Source: Candidatus Flemingiibacterium sp. (GTDB lineage: Bacteria; Bacillota; Clostridia; Oscillospirales; CAG-272). Taken from it: a stretch of DNA of 64,000 nucleotides. The notes under the pieces are model-generated. The model ran no database searches, was not told where the DNA came from, and worked only from the letters and a program-made list of their open reading frames with translations. Made by a program: the position numbers and the translations under genes. This document shows, one piece after another, positions 37,741 through 46,743 of this stretch; positions within the stretch are counted from its first letter, which is position 1; every line of letters begins with the position of its first letter. The stretch lies in assembly GCA_045644145.1 (NCBI GenBank), contig JAZRGK010000058.1, forward strand, positions 557-64,556, written 5' to 3'.

Positions 37741-37768
37741 TACATTCATCTGCCGTGGTGCAAATATT
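37741..37768 (+). repeat. 28-bp site 6 (left arm diverged)
   Basis: TACATTCATCT-GCCGTG-GTGCAAATATT immediately after the stop codon. Confidence 0.65.
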
Positions 37769-37832
37769 GCCGCCCACACCGCATAAATCCCCCGTTTTGC
37801 CGCAAACTAAAAAGAAACGGGAGAGTGGCAAA

Positions 37833-38510
37833 ATGGATATTATTAAGGTCATACTAACAGCACTTCTATCGGTGGGAGCGCTGTTCATCATCACAAAGAT
37901 CATGGGACACAAGCAGGTGGCACAGCTTGACTTTTTCGATTACGTTGGCGGTATCACCATCGGCTCTATTGGCGCGGAGCTTGCGACAGAGCTTGAAGAA
38001 CCGTGGAAGCCGCTTATCGCGCTCGCGGTCTACGGTCTTGCATCGGTCGTGCTTACCTTAGCCGCACACAAAATGCCTCGCACACGCAAATATATCAACG
38101 GCACACCCACGATTTTGATGAACAATGGCAAGCTTTACCGTGCAAACCTCAAAAAAGCGAAGCTCGACCTATCCGAGTTTTTGCTTCTCTGCCGCGAACA
38201 GGGATATTTCGACCTCGACGAGATACAGACGGCGGTGTTTGAGCATAACGGAAAGCTGTCCATACTGCCGAAATCCGCAAACCGCCCTGCAACTCCCGAG
38301 GATTTGGGTATTACGGTAAAATCCGCAGAGATCGGCGTGGAGGTTATTATGGACGGGCGTATAATGGGCGAAAATCTTTCCCGTATGGGACGAAACGAAA
38401 GATGGCTCGAAAAACAGCTCAAATCACAAAGGCACAAAAACGCGAAAGACATCTTTCTCGGCATTTACCGTGCAGATGATGACACCCTTACACTTTATCA
38501 AAGCGAATAA
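37833..38510 (+). CDS. DUF421/YetF family membrane protein
   Basis: KIMGHKQVAQLDFFDYVGGITIGSI, AVFEHNGKLSILPK. Confidence 0.9.
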   Translation: MDIIKVILTALLSVGALFIITKIMGHKQVAQLDFFDYVGGITIGSIGAELATELEEPWKPLIALAVYGLASVVLTLAAHKMPRTRKYINGTPTILMNNGKLYRANLKKAKLDLSEFLLLCREQGYFDLDEIQTAVFEHNGKLSILPKSANRPATPEDLGITVKSAEIGVEVIMDGRIMGENLSRMGRNERWLEKQLKSQRHKNAKDIFLGIYRADDDTLTLYQSE

Positions 38511-38553
38511 GCCGCGCATATACTGATACTGTACCTGATAAGGAGGTATCAAT

Positions 38554-38991
38554 ATGCGAAATCACAACTGCGGCAGGCATCCCGAAGTGCGCGACTACGG
38601 TGCCGAGCCGTTTGTATTCAATATTAGTCACGCAACTAACATGAACCGCAATTTCCGCACCACGCTCTGGACGGGATGTCATATGCAGTTAACGCTCATG
38701 TGTATCCCCGTCGGCGGCGAAATCGGCGTTGAAATGCACGAAGACGTTGACCAGTTTATCCGCATCGAGAGCGGTCACGCCAAGGTTTATATGGGAAGCT
38801 GCCGTCATTCGCTCTGCGAAAAAGCGTGCGTGGACGGGAATTATGCAGTTATCATTCCTGCCGGTACGTGGCACAACATCGTCAACGTCGGAAACCGACC
38901 GCTGAAGCTGTATTCGCTATACGCGCCGCCCCAGCATCCATACGGAACGGTGCATCAGACGAAAGCCGACGCCGAGCACGAGGGGCACTGA
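38554..38991 (+). CDS. Cupin-domain protein
   Basis: EIGVEMHEDVDQFIRIESG, IPAGTWHNIVN, LYSLYAPPQH. Confidence 0.9.
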   Translation: MRNHNCGRHPEVRDYGAEPFVFNISHATNMNRNFRTTLWTGCHMQLTLMCIPVGGEIGVEMHEDVDQFIRIESGHAKVYMGSCRHSLCEKACVDGNYAVIIPAGTWHNIVNVGNRPLKLYSLYAPPQHPYGTVHQTKADAEHEGH

Positions 38992-39033
38992 AATAATAAT
39001 CGCCGATGAGGAATGCAAAACCTCATCGGCGTA

Positions 39034-39061
39034 TTTCTTTGTCTGCGGCATAAACATTTAT
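39034..39061 (+). repeat. 28-bp site 7 (left arm intact, spacer or right arm altered)
   Basis: TTTCTTTGTCT-GCG-GCATAAACATT after a GCCGATGAGG hairpin. Confidence 0.6.
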
Positions 39062-39318
39062 CCGCGAAACCTCTCGGCAAGATCAGCGCGGTGCAAGCCT
39101 ATACTTCCGATCGGCTTGCCGTCCTCTTTCAGACAAACTGCGTAGGTTTCAGTAGCGCTGAGCACCGTGCGGATGATCTCACGGCTGTTCTCAACACTCG
39201 TGTGCGGCTGCCAGCCGGCAGGCGGACCTACCTCGGGATCGCAGGCATATTTATATAGACCCTGGGCATCATCCTCGCGCCATGGACGGAGAATGAGGCG
39301 GCTTGTTTCAAGTGTCAT
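39058..39318 (-). pseudogene. RimJ/RimL-type GNAT, 3'-truncated
   Basis: [18 protein letters not shown]...KPIGSIGL then a stop before the expected ELGYW and CoA-binding motifs. Confidence 0.75.
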
Positions 39319-39337
39319 TTCACACCTCCACACAGTT

Positions 39338-39880
39338 TTATTTCATCATTCCGTAGCCGCCGGCATATTTGCTGACCTCGGACGCAACGACGAAAACATT
39401 ATTTTGGCAGAGCTTTCGTATTTCTTTGAGCACCGAAAGCGAATCACGGCGAGGCAGGATTATAAGGATCATGTTCATCTTATCTGTGGAGCCGTGCCCC
39501 TCGAAAACAGTGTATCCGCGGGAGTTCTCGCGGAGATATTCGATTATCTTCCCCGTATTCTCGTCATTTGCAATAAGCTGAAGATTCGACGTTCCAAGCG
39601 CAATTTTGCCCTCAAGCGTTGAGCCAAGGAACAGACCCGTGGCATACCCCAGACAATAAAACGCAAGAAGAAACAAATTGTCGCCGAGTGTTCCTATAAT
39701 GGTTGAGATGACAAGTCCCCATATCGTGCACTCAATAAAACCAAGCCCTGCCGCTTTCAGCCGTTGTCCCTTTACCATCATGCAGGTTTTAAGTGACTGA
39801 ATCGTTATCTCGATTATTTTCGCGGCGCATACGATGAAGCACACCGCTGCGGGGTGAATTGATGCCAAAAATTCTGACAT
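39338..39880 (-). CDS. DUF5698/DUF2179 (UPF0316-like) membrane protein
   Basis: [34 protein letters not shown]; RBS AAGGAG. Confidence 0.8.
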   Translation of the reverse strand: MSEFLASIHPAAVCFIVCAAKIIEITIQSLKTCMMVKGQRLKAAGLGFIECTIWGLVISTIIGTLGDNLFLLAFYCLGYATGLFLGSTLEGKIALGTSNLQLIANDENTGKIIEYLRENSRGYTVFEGHGSTDKMNMILIILPRRDSLSVLKEIRKLCQNNVFVVASEVSKYAGGYGMMK

Positions 39881-40074
39881 GATCGATTCTCCTTTTAAAA
39901 TCACAGCACTGCTGCTTAATTTATAAATATCTATAGGTACAATTATACCATATCTTTTGCCAAATAGCAATAACATGCGAACGCAAATTAGGTTATCGCG
40001 AATTTTTTGCATACGGTATAAATCTCCATCTGCCTGCATACACTGCATTATAAATCCATTTCGCAGGTGAATAC

Positions 40075-40599
40075 ATGAACCGATCAATAAACCTTGCCCA
40101 ACTTCTCGGCTTCGCCGTAACCTCGCTGGGCGGCACGATACTTCATTTCTTATATGACTGGCTCGGCAAGGCGGCAATCGCCGCACCGTTCTCCGGCGTG
40201 AACGAATCTACATGGGAGCACATGAAGCTGCTATTTTGGCCTATGTTCATCTTCGCCATCGTGCAGAGCTTTTTCTTTAAGGATCGCAAGGAATTTTGGT
40301 GCGTCAAGCTGAAAGGCATCACGCTCGGTCTTGGCTTGATTCCCGTAATCTTTTACACCTACAACGGTGTGATCGGCAAATCGCCGGACTGGATCAACAT
40401 TGCGATTTTCTTTATCGCGGCTGCGGCTGCGTATATCTATGAAACGCGGCAGTTTAACAATGAAACGACAAGATGTAAGTCGCAGAAATTGGCGTTTGCA
40501 GTACTCTGCGTGATTGCCGTTATGTTTATCATTTTCACCTTTGCAACCCCCGAAATTGGTATCTTCAAGGATCCGCTGACGGGAACTTATGGAATATGA
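40075..40599 (+). CDS. DUF6512-like membrane protein
   Basis: GTILHFLYDW...VNESTWEHMKLLFWP. Confidence 0.75.
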   Translation: MNRSINLAQLLGFAVTSLGGTILHFLYDWLGKAAIAAPFSGVNESTWEHMKLLFWPMFIFAIVQSFFFKDRKEFWCVKLKGITLGLGLIPVIFYTYNGVIGKSPDWINIAIFFIAAAAAYIYETRQFNNETTRCKSQKLAFAVLCVIAVMFIIFTFATPEIGIFKDPLTGTYGI

Positions 40600-40600
40600 G

Positions 40601-40640
40601 AAACACCGATGAGGTTACCTGTAACCCTCATCGGTGTTTC
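40601..40640 (+). terminator. CCGATGAGG-family hairpin terminator
   Basis: AAACACCGATGAGG...CCTCATCGGTGTTT. Confidence 0.75.
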
Positions 40641-40964
40641 TATATAACCGCGCGTATATCTCACTCCGCTTTGCTGCACAGCATATCACCCAACTATGAC
40701 GTATGGGTGAACAAACAAACTGCTATTTGTTAACGTAGCTTTGCGAAGCACATATTCCCGAAACGATTACGCCAAATTTTTCCTTATTATAACATTTGTA
40801 CATAGAAATGGATTGACAGCGAGAATCCCGCAAAAACTGCATACAATTTCACATGTCGGAATATACGGGAAACTTCGGATCGTATAAATCTGAACACAAA
40901 AAAATCCCCATGATTTCAGGAAATCACGCTTCATTCCGGTAATACCGCTATGCACTAAATACCA

Positions 40965-40993
40965 TTGACAAGCTATATATTTCATGGTATAAT
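40965..40993 (+). promoter_or_regulatory. SigA promoter of the rnf operon
   Basis: TTGACA-N17-TATAAT with TG extension. Confidence 0.8.
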
Positions 40994-41076
40994 ACCTAAA
41001 GATGCGTTTGTGTATTTTATAACAATGATTATATGATCCCAAGGCTAAAAAATGCCGGAAAGGAATGATAAAAGCA

Positions 41077-42399
41077 ATGTCGTTTTCTTTAAAAGGTATT
41101 CGCGTTCCTCACAGAAAAAATACCGCAAATACTGCGGCAGAACGTATGCCTGCCCCAACATCCGTCACCATCTCTATGTCTATGCACATCGGTGCGCCTG
41201 CCGTACCCGTTGTAAAGGTAGGAGATTCAGTTAAAGTCGGAACAAAAATAGCTGAATCCGGCGGAAATATCTCCACCCCCATCTTTGCCAGCGTTTCTGG
41301 CAAAGTAACAAAAATCGCGGACATGCGTTGTTTCCACGGAAATGTGCCTGCCATAACTATCGAGTCAGACGGCGAAATGGCGGCGGACGAAAATCTCTCA
41401 GTTCCCGTAATAAACTCAGCAGAGGACCTTATTCTGGCTGTGCACGACAGCGGTGTAGTGGGACTTGGCGGCGCAGGCTTCCCTTCTCATTTCAAGCTTA
41501 ACGTAGATTCAAGGCGTATAGAGCACCTCATTATCAACTGCGCCGAATGCGAACCTTATATCACAAGCGACACCCATACCATGATCACCAGAGGTGACGA
41601 TATGGCGTATGCCCTTGAAGCCATGAAAAAGCATCTTGGCATAAAGAGCGTAATAATCGGAATCGAATTAGGCAATCCGAAATCCGTAGAATCCATGAAA
41701 AAGCTTGCCGCTTCCGTAAGCGATGCAGGATGCGCGGCTAAAGTAAAGGTGCTTCCCTCGGTATACCCTCAGGGCGGCGAAAAAGTACTCATTTACCATA
41801 CCACAGGAAAGGTAGTTCCCGTGGGCAAGCTCCCAATTGACGTTGGATGTGTTGTACTCAACTGCACCACCCTCGCCGTTATCGGAAACTATTTAAAAAC
41901 CGGTATGCCCCTTGTAGAGAAGTGCGTTACCGTTGACGGCGGCGCCGTTAAAATGCGAAAAAACGTAATCGTACCCATCGGTACCGCTATCTCTGACGTA
42001 TTCGACTTCTGCGGGGGACTTACGGATGATCCCGAAAAGGTGATCTACGGAGGTCCCATGATGGGTATCACAGTACCGGATGTGAGCGCACCTGTTCTCA
42101 AGACCACAAACGCGATTCTTGCGCTTACAAAAAAGGAAGCAAAGCTTCCGAAAACCACCGCCTGCATCAGATGCGGTGCATGCACCAACAACTGTCCTTT
42201 TGGACTTGCTCCGGCCGGTATACTCAGAGCATTTGACCGAAAGGATGTGGAAACGCTTGAAAAACTCAGCGTGAACGCTTGTATGGAGTGCGGCTGCTGC
42301 AGCTTCGTCTGCCCTGCTAACCGTCCTCTCACACAGACAAACAAGTTAGCAAAGGTGCTTTTAAAAGAAGCAAAAGCAAAGGAGGCAAACAAGTCATGA
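41077..42399 (+). CDS. rnfC: Rnf complex subunit C
   Basis: GVVGLGGAGFP, INCAECEPYITSD, CIRCGAC/CMECGCC clusters. Confidence 0.95.
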   Translation: MSFSLKGIRVPHRKNTANTAAERMPAPTSVTISMSMHIGAPAVPVVKVGDSVKVGTKIAESGGNISTPIFASVSGKVTKIADMRCFHGNVPAITIESDGEMAADENLSVPVINSAEDLILAVHDSGVVGLGGAGFPSHFKLNVDSRRIEHLIINCAECEPYITSDTHTMITRGDDMAYALEAMKKHLGIKSVIIGIELGNPKSVESMKKLAASVSDAGCAAKVKVLPSVYPQGGEKVLIYHTTGKVVPVGKLPIDVGCVVLNCTTLAVIGNYLKTGMPLVEKCVTVDGGAVKMRKNVIVPIGTAISDVFDFCGGLTDDPEKVIYGGPMMGITVPDVSAPVLKTTNAILALTKKEAKLPKTTACIRCGACTNNCPFGLAPAGILRAFDRKDVETLEKLSVNACMECGCCSFVCPANRPLTQTNKLAKVLLKEAKAKEANKS

Positions 42400-43331
42400 A
42401 CAAATTAAAGATCTCTGTTTCTCCTCATATTCACAGCGGAAACTCAACACAAGCCATCATGCGTGATGTGATCATCGCGCTCCTGCCGGCGGCTGTGGCA
42501 GGTACGGTAATTTTCGGATTACGGGCATTACTTGTAATTGCGGTGTGCACCGCATCCTGCGTCCTATTTGAGGCTTTATTCAACATTATAACAAAAAAAT
42601 CACAGACTGTGGGTGACCTGAGCGCCGCCCTCACCGGCTTACTTTTAGCGCTTAACCTGCCGGCAGGGATTCCGCTCTGGCAGTGTGTTATAGGTTCCGT
42701 ATTCGCTATCATCATCGTAAAATGTCTTTTCGGCGGAATCGGTGCAAATCCCGTAAACCCCGCCATTACGGCAAGAGTGTTTATGCTTATATCCTTCGGC
42801 GCGGTAGCCGTTCCGTCCTTCCCCACACTTGTAGATACAGCTTCCGGTGCAACGCCTCTTTCGGTGGCACCGAGCGAGAATCTGCCGCAGGTACGAGATC
42901 TTTTCCTCGGACTCCACGGCGGCGCTATCGGCGAAACCTGTGCGGCGGCGCTTCTCCTTGGTTTCGCTTATCTTCTCATACGCCGCGTGATCTCCTGGCA
43001 TATTCCCGTTTCATTTGTGAGCACGGTGTTTGTGTTCTCGCTTTGCATGGAGGGCTTTGATCCTATGACAGCGCTTTCCATGATACTTTCAGGAAGCCTT
43101 CTTATCGGCGCAATCTTTATGGCAACGGATTACGTTACCTCGCCTGCAACTCCATGGGGCAAGATAATCTGCGGACTTGGCGCAGGACTCATTACCGCTC
43201 TTATCAGATACTTCGGAACATATCCCGAGGGCGTATCCTTTGCCATACTGTTTATGAATATCCTCACACCTTATATCGAATCTTTGACCAAGCATAAAGT
43301 GTTCGGTGTGGGCAGAAAGGAACGTGCATAA
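42396..43331 (+). CDS. rnfD: Rnf complex subunit D
   Basis: SGATPL FMN site, GGAIGET, FMATDYVTSP, YPEGVSFAIL. Confidence 0.95.
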   Translation: MNKLKISVSPHIHSGNSTQAIMRDVIIALLPAAVAGTVIFGLRALLVIAVCTASCVLFEALFNIITKKSQTVGDLSAALTGLLLALNLPAGIPLWQCVIGSVFAIIIVKCLFGGIGANPVNPAITARVFMLISFGAVAVPSFPTLVDTASGATPLSVAPSENLPQVRDLFLGLHGGAIGETCAAALLLGFAYLLIRRVISWHIPVSFVSTVFVFSLCMEGFDPMTALSMILSGSLLIGAIFMATDYVTSPATPWGKIICGLGAGLITALIRYFGTYPEGVSFAILFMNILTPYIESLTKHKVFGVGRKERA

Positions 43332-43333
43332 CG

Positions 43334-44512
43334 ATGAAGAAACTACTTAAAGATATAATCGTGCCTGTATGTATCTGCGCAGTATTTGCGCTGATCCTTG
43401 CACTCACAAACGAAATAACAGCACCTATTATAGAAAAAAATCAGAATTCCGCAAAGGATGCGGCATTTCTTGAAGTCATGCCAAACGGCGAAGGCTTTGA
43501 GCTTCTTGATGTTTCTCCATACGAGCTTCCGAAAACCGTTACGGAAGCATACCGTGAATCAGACGGCGGATATGTGTTTAAGCTTGAAACCACGGGCTTT
43601 GCTCCCGGTCTTGTAATAATGTGCGGCGTAAACCCCGACGGTACAATAAGCGGAGCTGTATGCCTTGCTTCAAACGAAACCTGGGGCAAGGAAAAGACCT
43701 TCGGCGCACTTGCTGCAGGTAAGAACTCCGAAACTCTTGCGGATGTTGAAGCCGGCGCAACCAGCCTTACGGTAAACGCTTACCGCGGCGCACTGGGTGA
43801 TGCCCTTAATGCGGCGCTTATACTTGACGGCGGCTCTGTGGATCTGCGCACCGAGGAAGAGATCCTCGCGGATAACCTTAGTGCGGCGCTTCCTGTATCT
43901 GAGGGTAAATTCACCAAGCTCTTTATCGTAGAAGAAATCGAGGGCATTGATGCCGTATACACCGCAGACAACGGCGAAGGCATGGTATTTATTATCGGCG
44001 AAGAATTTATAGCCGTTGATAAAGCCGGAAACGTGATTACCGAAACCACAGAGGAATTTACTCTTGCGGTGACTGATGCGGCAGTTGTGATAAGCGGAAG
44101 TTCCACCGAAGATGTTGATATCTCTGCTTACGAGGGCTTGCCGAAACAGCTTATATCTGCTAAAAAGACCGCAAGCGGCAACTTTATCATTGAGATAAAG
44201 GGCGTTGGCTACGGTATCAAGGGCGGCGACGACTACCACCCTGCATCCGGCGAATATATCGTTATCCGTATCGCCATTACGGCAGACGGAAAAGTGCTTG
44301 ACTGCGTGACCCTCTCCCACGGTGAAACCGCTAACATCGGCGGCGTTATTGTAGAGGATGCGGACTACTACAGTCAGTTTGTAGGAAAGACCGAGGCTGA
44401 ATGCGGCGAGGTTGACATTATCGCAGGTGCGACCTACACCACCGCAGGCTACAGAGAAGCTGTTCTCCGCGCCTTTGAATCGGTAAAAGTCTTTATGGGA
44501 GGAACAGCATGA
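43334..44512 (+). CDS. rnfG: Rnf complex subunit G, extended with two FMN-binding domains
   Basis: Operon position; N-terminal anchor LALTNEITAPII; two AGAT motifs. Confidence 0.85.
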   Translation: MKKLLKDIIVPVCICAVFALILALTNEITAPIIEKNQNSAKDAAFLEVMPNGEGFELLDVSPYELPKTVTEAYRESDGGYVFKLETTGFAPGLVIMCGVNPDGTISGAVCLASNETWGKEKTFGALAAGKNSETLADVEAGATSLTVNAYRGALGDALNAALILDGGSVDLRTEEEILADNLSAALPVSEGKFTKLFIVEEIEGIDAVYTADNGEGMVFIIGEEFIAVDKAGNVITETTEEFTLAVTDAAVVISGSSTEDVDISAYEGLPKQLISAKKTASGNFIIEIKGVGYGIKGGDDYHPASGEYIVIRIAITADGKVLDCVTLSHGETANIGGVIVEDADYYSQFVGKTEAECGEVDIIAGATYTTAGYREAVLRAFESVKVFMGGTA

Positions 44513-44625
44513 AAAACGTAACATTTTTCATGCCAATAAGTTTTGCGCCTTTTGCGCCGCCGGCGCAAATTTCCTTGCGGAAAACGTCACAAAACTTTAC
44601 AACTTTTTGAAAGGAATGGTCAAGC

Positions 44626-45306
44626 TTGAAAAATAAAAATATATCTCTCGTTACGAGAGGAATCCTAAAAGAGAACCCTGTATTCGTGCTGATTCTCGGC
44701 ACATGCCCTACCCTTGCCACCACTACTAATGTTGTAGGCGCTCTGTGCATGGGAATTGCGGCTTTGGCGGTGCTTGTATGCTCCAACATCCTTGTTTCTC
44801 TGCTTCGTAGGATAATCCCTGACAATATGCGTATCCCCTGCTATATTATCATCATCGCCGGCTTTGTTACGGTGGTTCAGATGATAATTCAGGCGTTTTT
44901 CCCGACTCTCTATGATATGCTGGGCGTATATCTTGCCCTTATCACCGTAAACTGCATAATTCTCGGCAGAGCGGAAATGTTCGCAAGCAAGAATTCTCCC
45001 CTAATATCCGCACTCGACGGTCTTGGCATGGGAATTGGCTTTACAGTGGCACTCACCGCCATGGCTGTTATCCGTGAGGTACTCGGAAACGCGAGCTTCG
45101 CCGGAATATCTATACCGCTTCTTGAAAACTACAAAATAGAATTTCTTGCAAAAGCACCCGGCGGCATGCTGGTTTACGGTTTACTCATCGCCCTTGTATA
45201 TGTGATCACTAAGGGCAAAGCTCCCGTAAAGAAAAGCTTTGCCTGCGAGGGCTGTCCCTCAAAATCCACCTGCGAAACAGGTATGTGTAAGGAAAGGGGA
45301 GAATAA
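44626..45306 (+). CDS. rnfE: Rnf complex subunit E
   Basis: ENPVFVLILGTCPTLA, LITVNCIILGRAE. Confidence 0.95.
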   Translation: MKNKNISLVTRGILKENPVFVLILGTCPTLATTTNVVGALCMGIAALAVLVCSNILVSLLRRIIPDNMRIPCYIIIIAGFVTVVQMIIQAFFPTLYDMLGVYLALITVNCIILGRAEMFASKNSPLISALDGLGMGIGFTVALTAMAVIREVLGNASFAGISIPLLENYKIEFLAKAPGGMLVYGLLIALVYVITKGKAPVKKSFACEGCPSKSTCETGMCKERGE

Positions 45307-45309
45307 ATA

Positions 45310-45906
45310 ATGGATACCTTAAAAACTCTTATCGTAATTCTCCTTTCATCAGTTCTTATCAACAACTATGTTCTTACACGCTTCCTCGGAATATGCCCGT
45401 TCCTCGGCGTATCAAAGAAGCTTGATCAATCAGTGGGTATGGGCGTTTCCGTAACCCTCGTTATGATTCTGGCATCAGCGGTTACTTGGCCTATTCAGTG
45501 TGTACTTGATGCCGCAGGTCTTGGATACATGCAGACTATTGTGTTTATCCTTGTTATCGCCTCTCTTGTACAGCTTCTTGACCTTGCTACAAAAAAGCTT
45601 CTGCCTGCGCTCCACAGAGGGCTTGGCGTATATTTACCCCTTATCACCACCAACTGCGCGGTGCTTGGTGTTGCTATCAACAATATTACCGACGGCTATA
45701 GCTTCCTTGAATCTATGGTAAGCTCCCTCGGATGCGGTCTTGGCTTTATGCTTGCCATGATCCTCTTTTCCGGCATGCGCAGTCGAATCGACGAAACCCG
45801 TGTACCCGAACCTTTCCGCGATCTTGCTATTACTCTTATTGCGGCGTCCTTTATTTCCCTTGCCTTTATGGGATTCTCGGGTATTGTTGACTCACTCTTT
45901 TCTTAA
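45310..45906 (+). CDS. rnfA: Rnf complex subunit A
   Basis: FLGICPFLGVSKK, LPLITTNCAVLG. Confidence 0.95.
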   Translation: MDTLKTLIVILLSSVLINNYVLTRFLGICPFLGVSKKLDQSVGMGVSVTLVMILASAVTWPIQCVLDAAGLGYMQTIVFILVIASLVQLLDLATKKLLPALHRGLGVYLPLITTNCAVLGVAINNITDGYSFLESMVSSLGCGLGFMLAMILFSGMRSRIDETRVPEPFRDLAITLIAASFISLAFMGFSGIVDSLFS

Positions 45907-45917
45907 GGAGGAACATT

Positions 45918-46739
45918 ATGACCAATATCTTAATCGCAGTAGGACTGGTAGCTGCTATCGGTCTTGTGTCTGCACTTTTGCTCACTGCCGCCGCACACTT
46001 TTTCGATGTTCCATACGATGAAAAAAGAAAAGCCATCCGTGCCTTCTTACCGGGAATAAACTGCGGTGCCTGCGGCTGTAAGGGCTGTGATGACTACGCA
46101 GAGGCTGTTGCCGCGGGCAAAGCCGCGCCCAATAAGTGCATCCCCGGCGGTGCACCTGTGGCGGAAGAAATAGGAAGCATTCTCGGCGTAGAAATTCCAC
46201 CCCCAAAGGATGTGGTAGCTTTCGTTCACTGCAACGGCAACTGCACGGCGACATCGGTAAAAAACGTATACATCGGCATTGGATCATGCAGAGCATCCTC
46301 TGCCATTTACAGCGGCCCAAATTCCTGCACCTACGGATGCCTCGGCTTCGGTGACTGTGCCGCTGCCTGCCCCGTGGGCGCTATATGCATGAAGGATGGC
46401 ATTGCACATATAGATTCATCTCTGTGTATCGGATGCACTCTTTGCGAAACCACCTGCCCTAAGCATATTATCTCCATGATTCCGAGAAAAAATCACACGG
46501 CTGTCATGTGCAGTAATACCGATAAGGGCGCGGATGCCAGAAAAGTATGCAAAAACGCCTGCATCGGCTGTAAAAAGTGCGAGAAGTCCTGCGCTTTCGG
46601 CGCGATTGCAGTTTTGAATAATTTGGCGGTAATTGACCATGCTAAATGTACCGGATGCGGTGCTTGCATCGATGCATGTCTCACCGGCTGTTTAAAGCCA
46701 TGCACGTTTTCAGATTCCACCGTACCTTGTGAGGCTTGA
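45918..46739 (+). CDS. rnfB: Rnf complex subunit B
   Basis: LPGINCGACG, multiple CxxCxxC ferredoxin motifs. Confidence 0.95.
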   Translation: MTNILIAVGLVAAIGLVSALLLTAAAHFFDVPYDEKRKAIRAFLPGINCGACGCKGCDDYAEAVAAGKAAPNKCIPGGAPVAEEIGSILGVEIPPPKDVVAFVHCNGNCTATSVKNVYIGIGSCRASSAIYSGPNSCTYGCLGFGDCAAACPVGAICMKDGIAHIDSSLCIGCTLCETTCPKHIISMIPRKNHTAVMCSNTDKGADARKVCKNACIGCKKCEKSCAFGAIAVLNNLAVIDHAKCTGCGACIDACLTGCLKPCTFSDSTVPCEA

Positions 46740-46743
46740 ATCT

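Larger units (their letters stand above)
31192..39061 (+). mobile_element. Cassette array delimited by directly repeated 28-bp sites, containing a decayed tandem integrase pair
   Basis: Sites at 31192, 33421, 34223, 35659, 36992, 37741 and (altered) 39034, all intergenic and in the same orientation. Confidence 0.7.

Noticed and set aside
38514-38524. GCGCATATACT resembles a right arm between YetF and cupin genes
   Set aside because: No left arm; better explained as a sporulation-sigma -10 element.
33381-40640. Recurring palindromic repeats read as a CRISPR array or integron attC sites
   Set aside because: Spacing is gene-sized, there are no cas genes, and I see no RYYYAAC/GTTRRRY attC boxes or IntI-type integrase.
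40635-40662. Possible eighth cassette site after the last CCGATGAGG hairpin
   Set aside because: Only 6/11 and 7/11 arm matches and out of register with the hairpin; could be a decayed boundary but is not supportable.
44546-44573. GCGCAAATTTC in the rnf operon resembles the cassette right arm
   Set aside because: It is part of a simple palindrome and the left arm is out of register.
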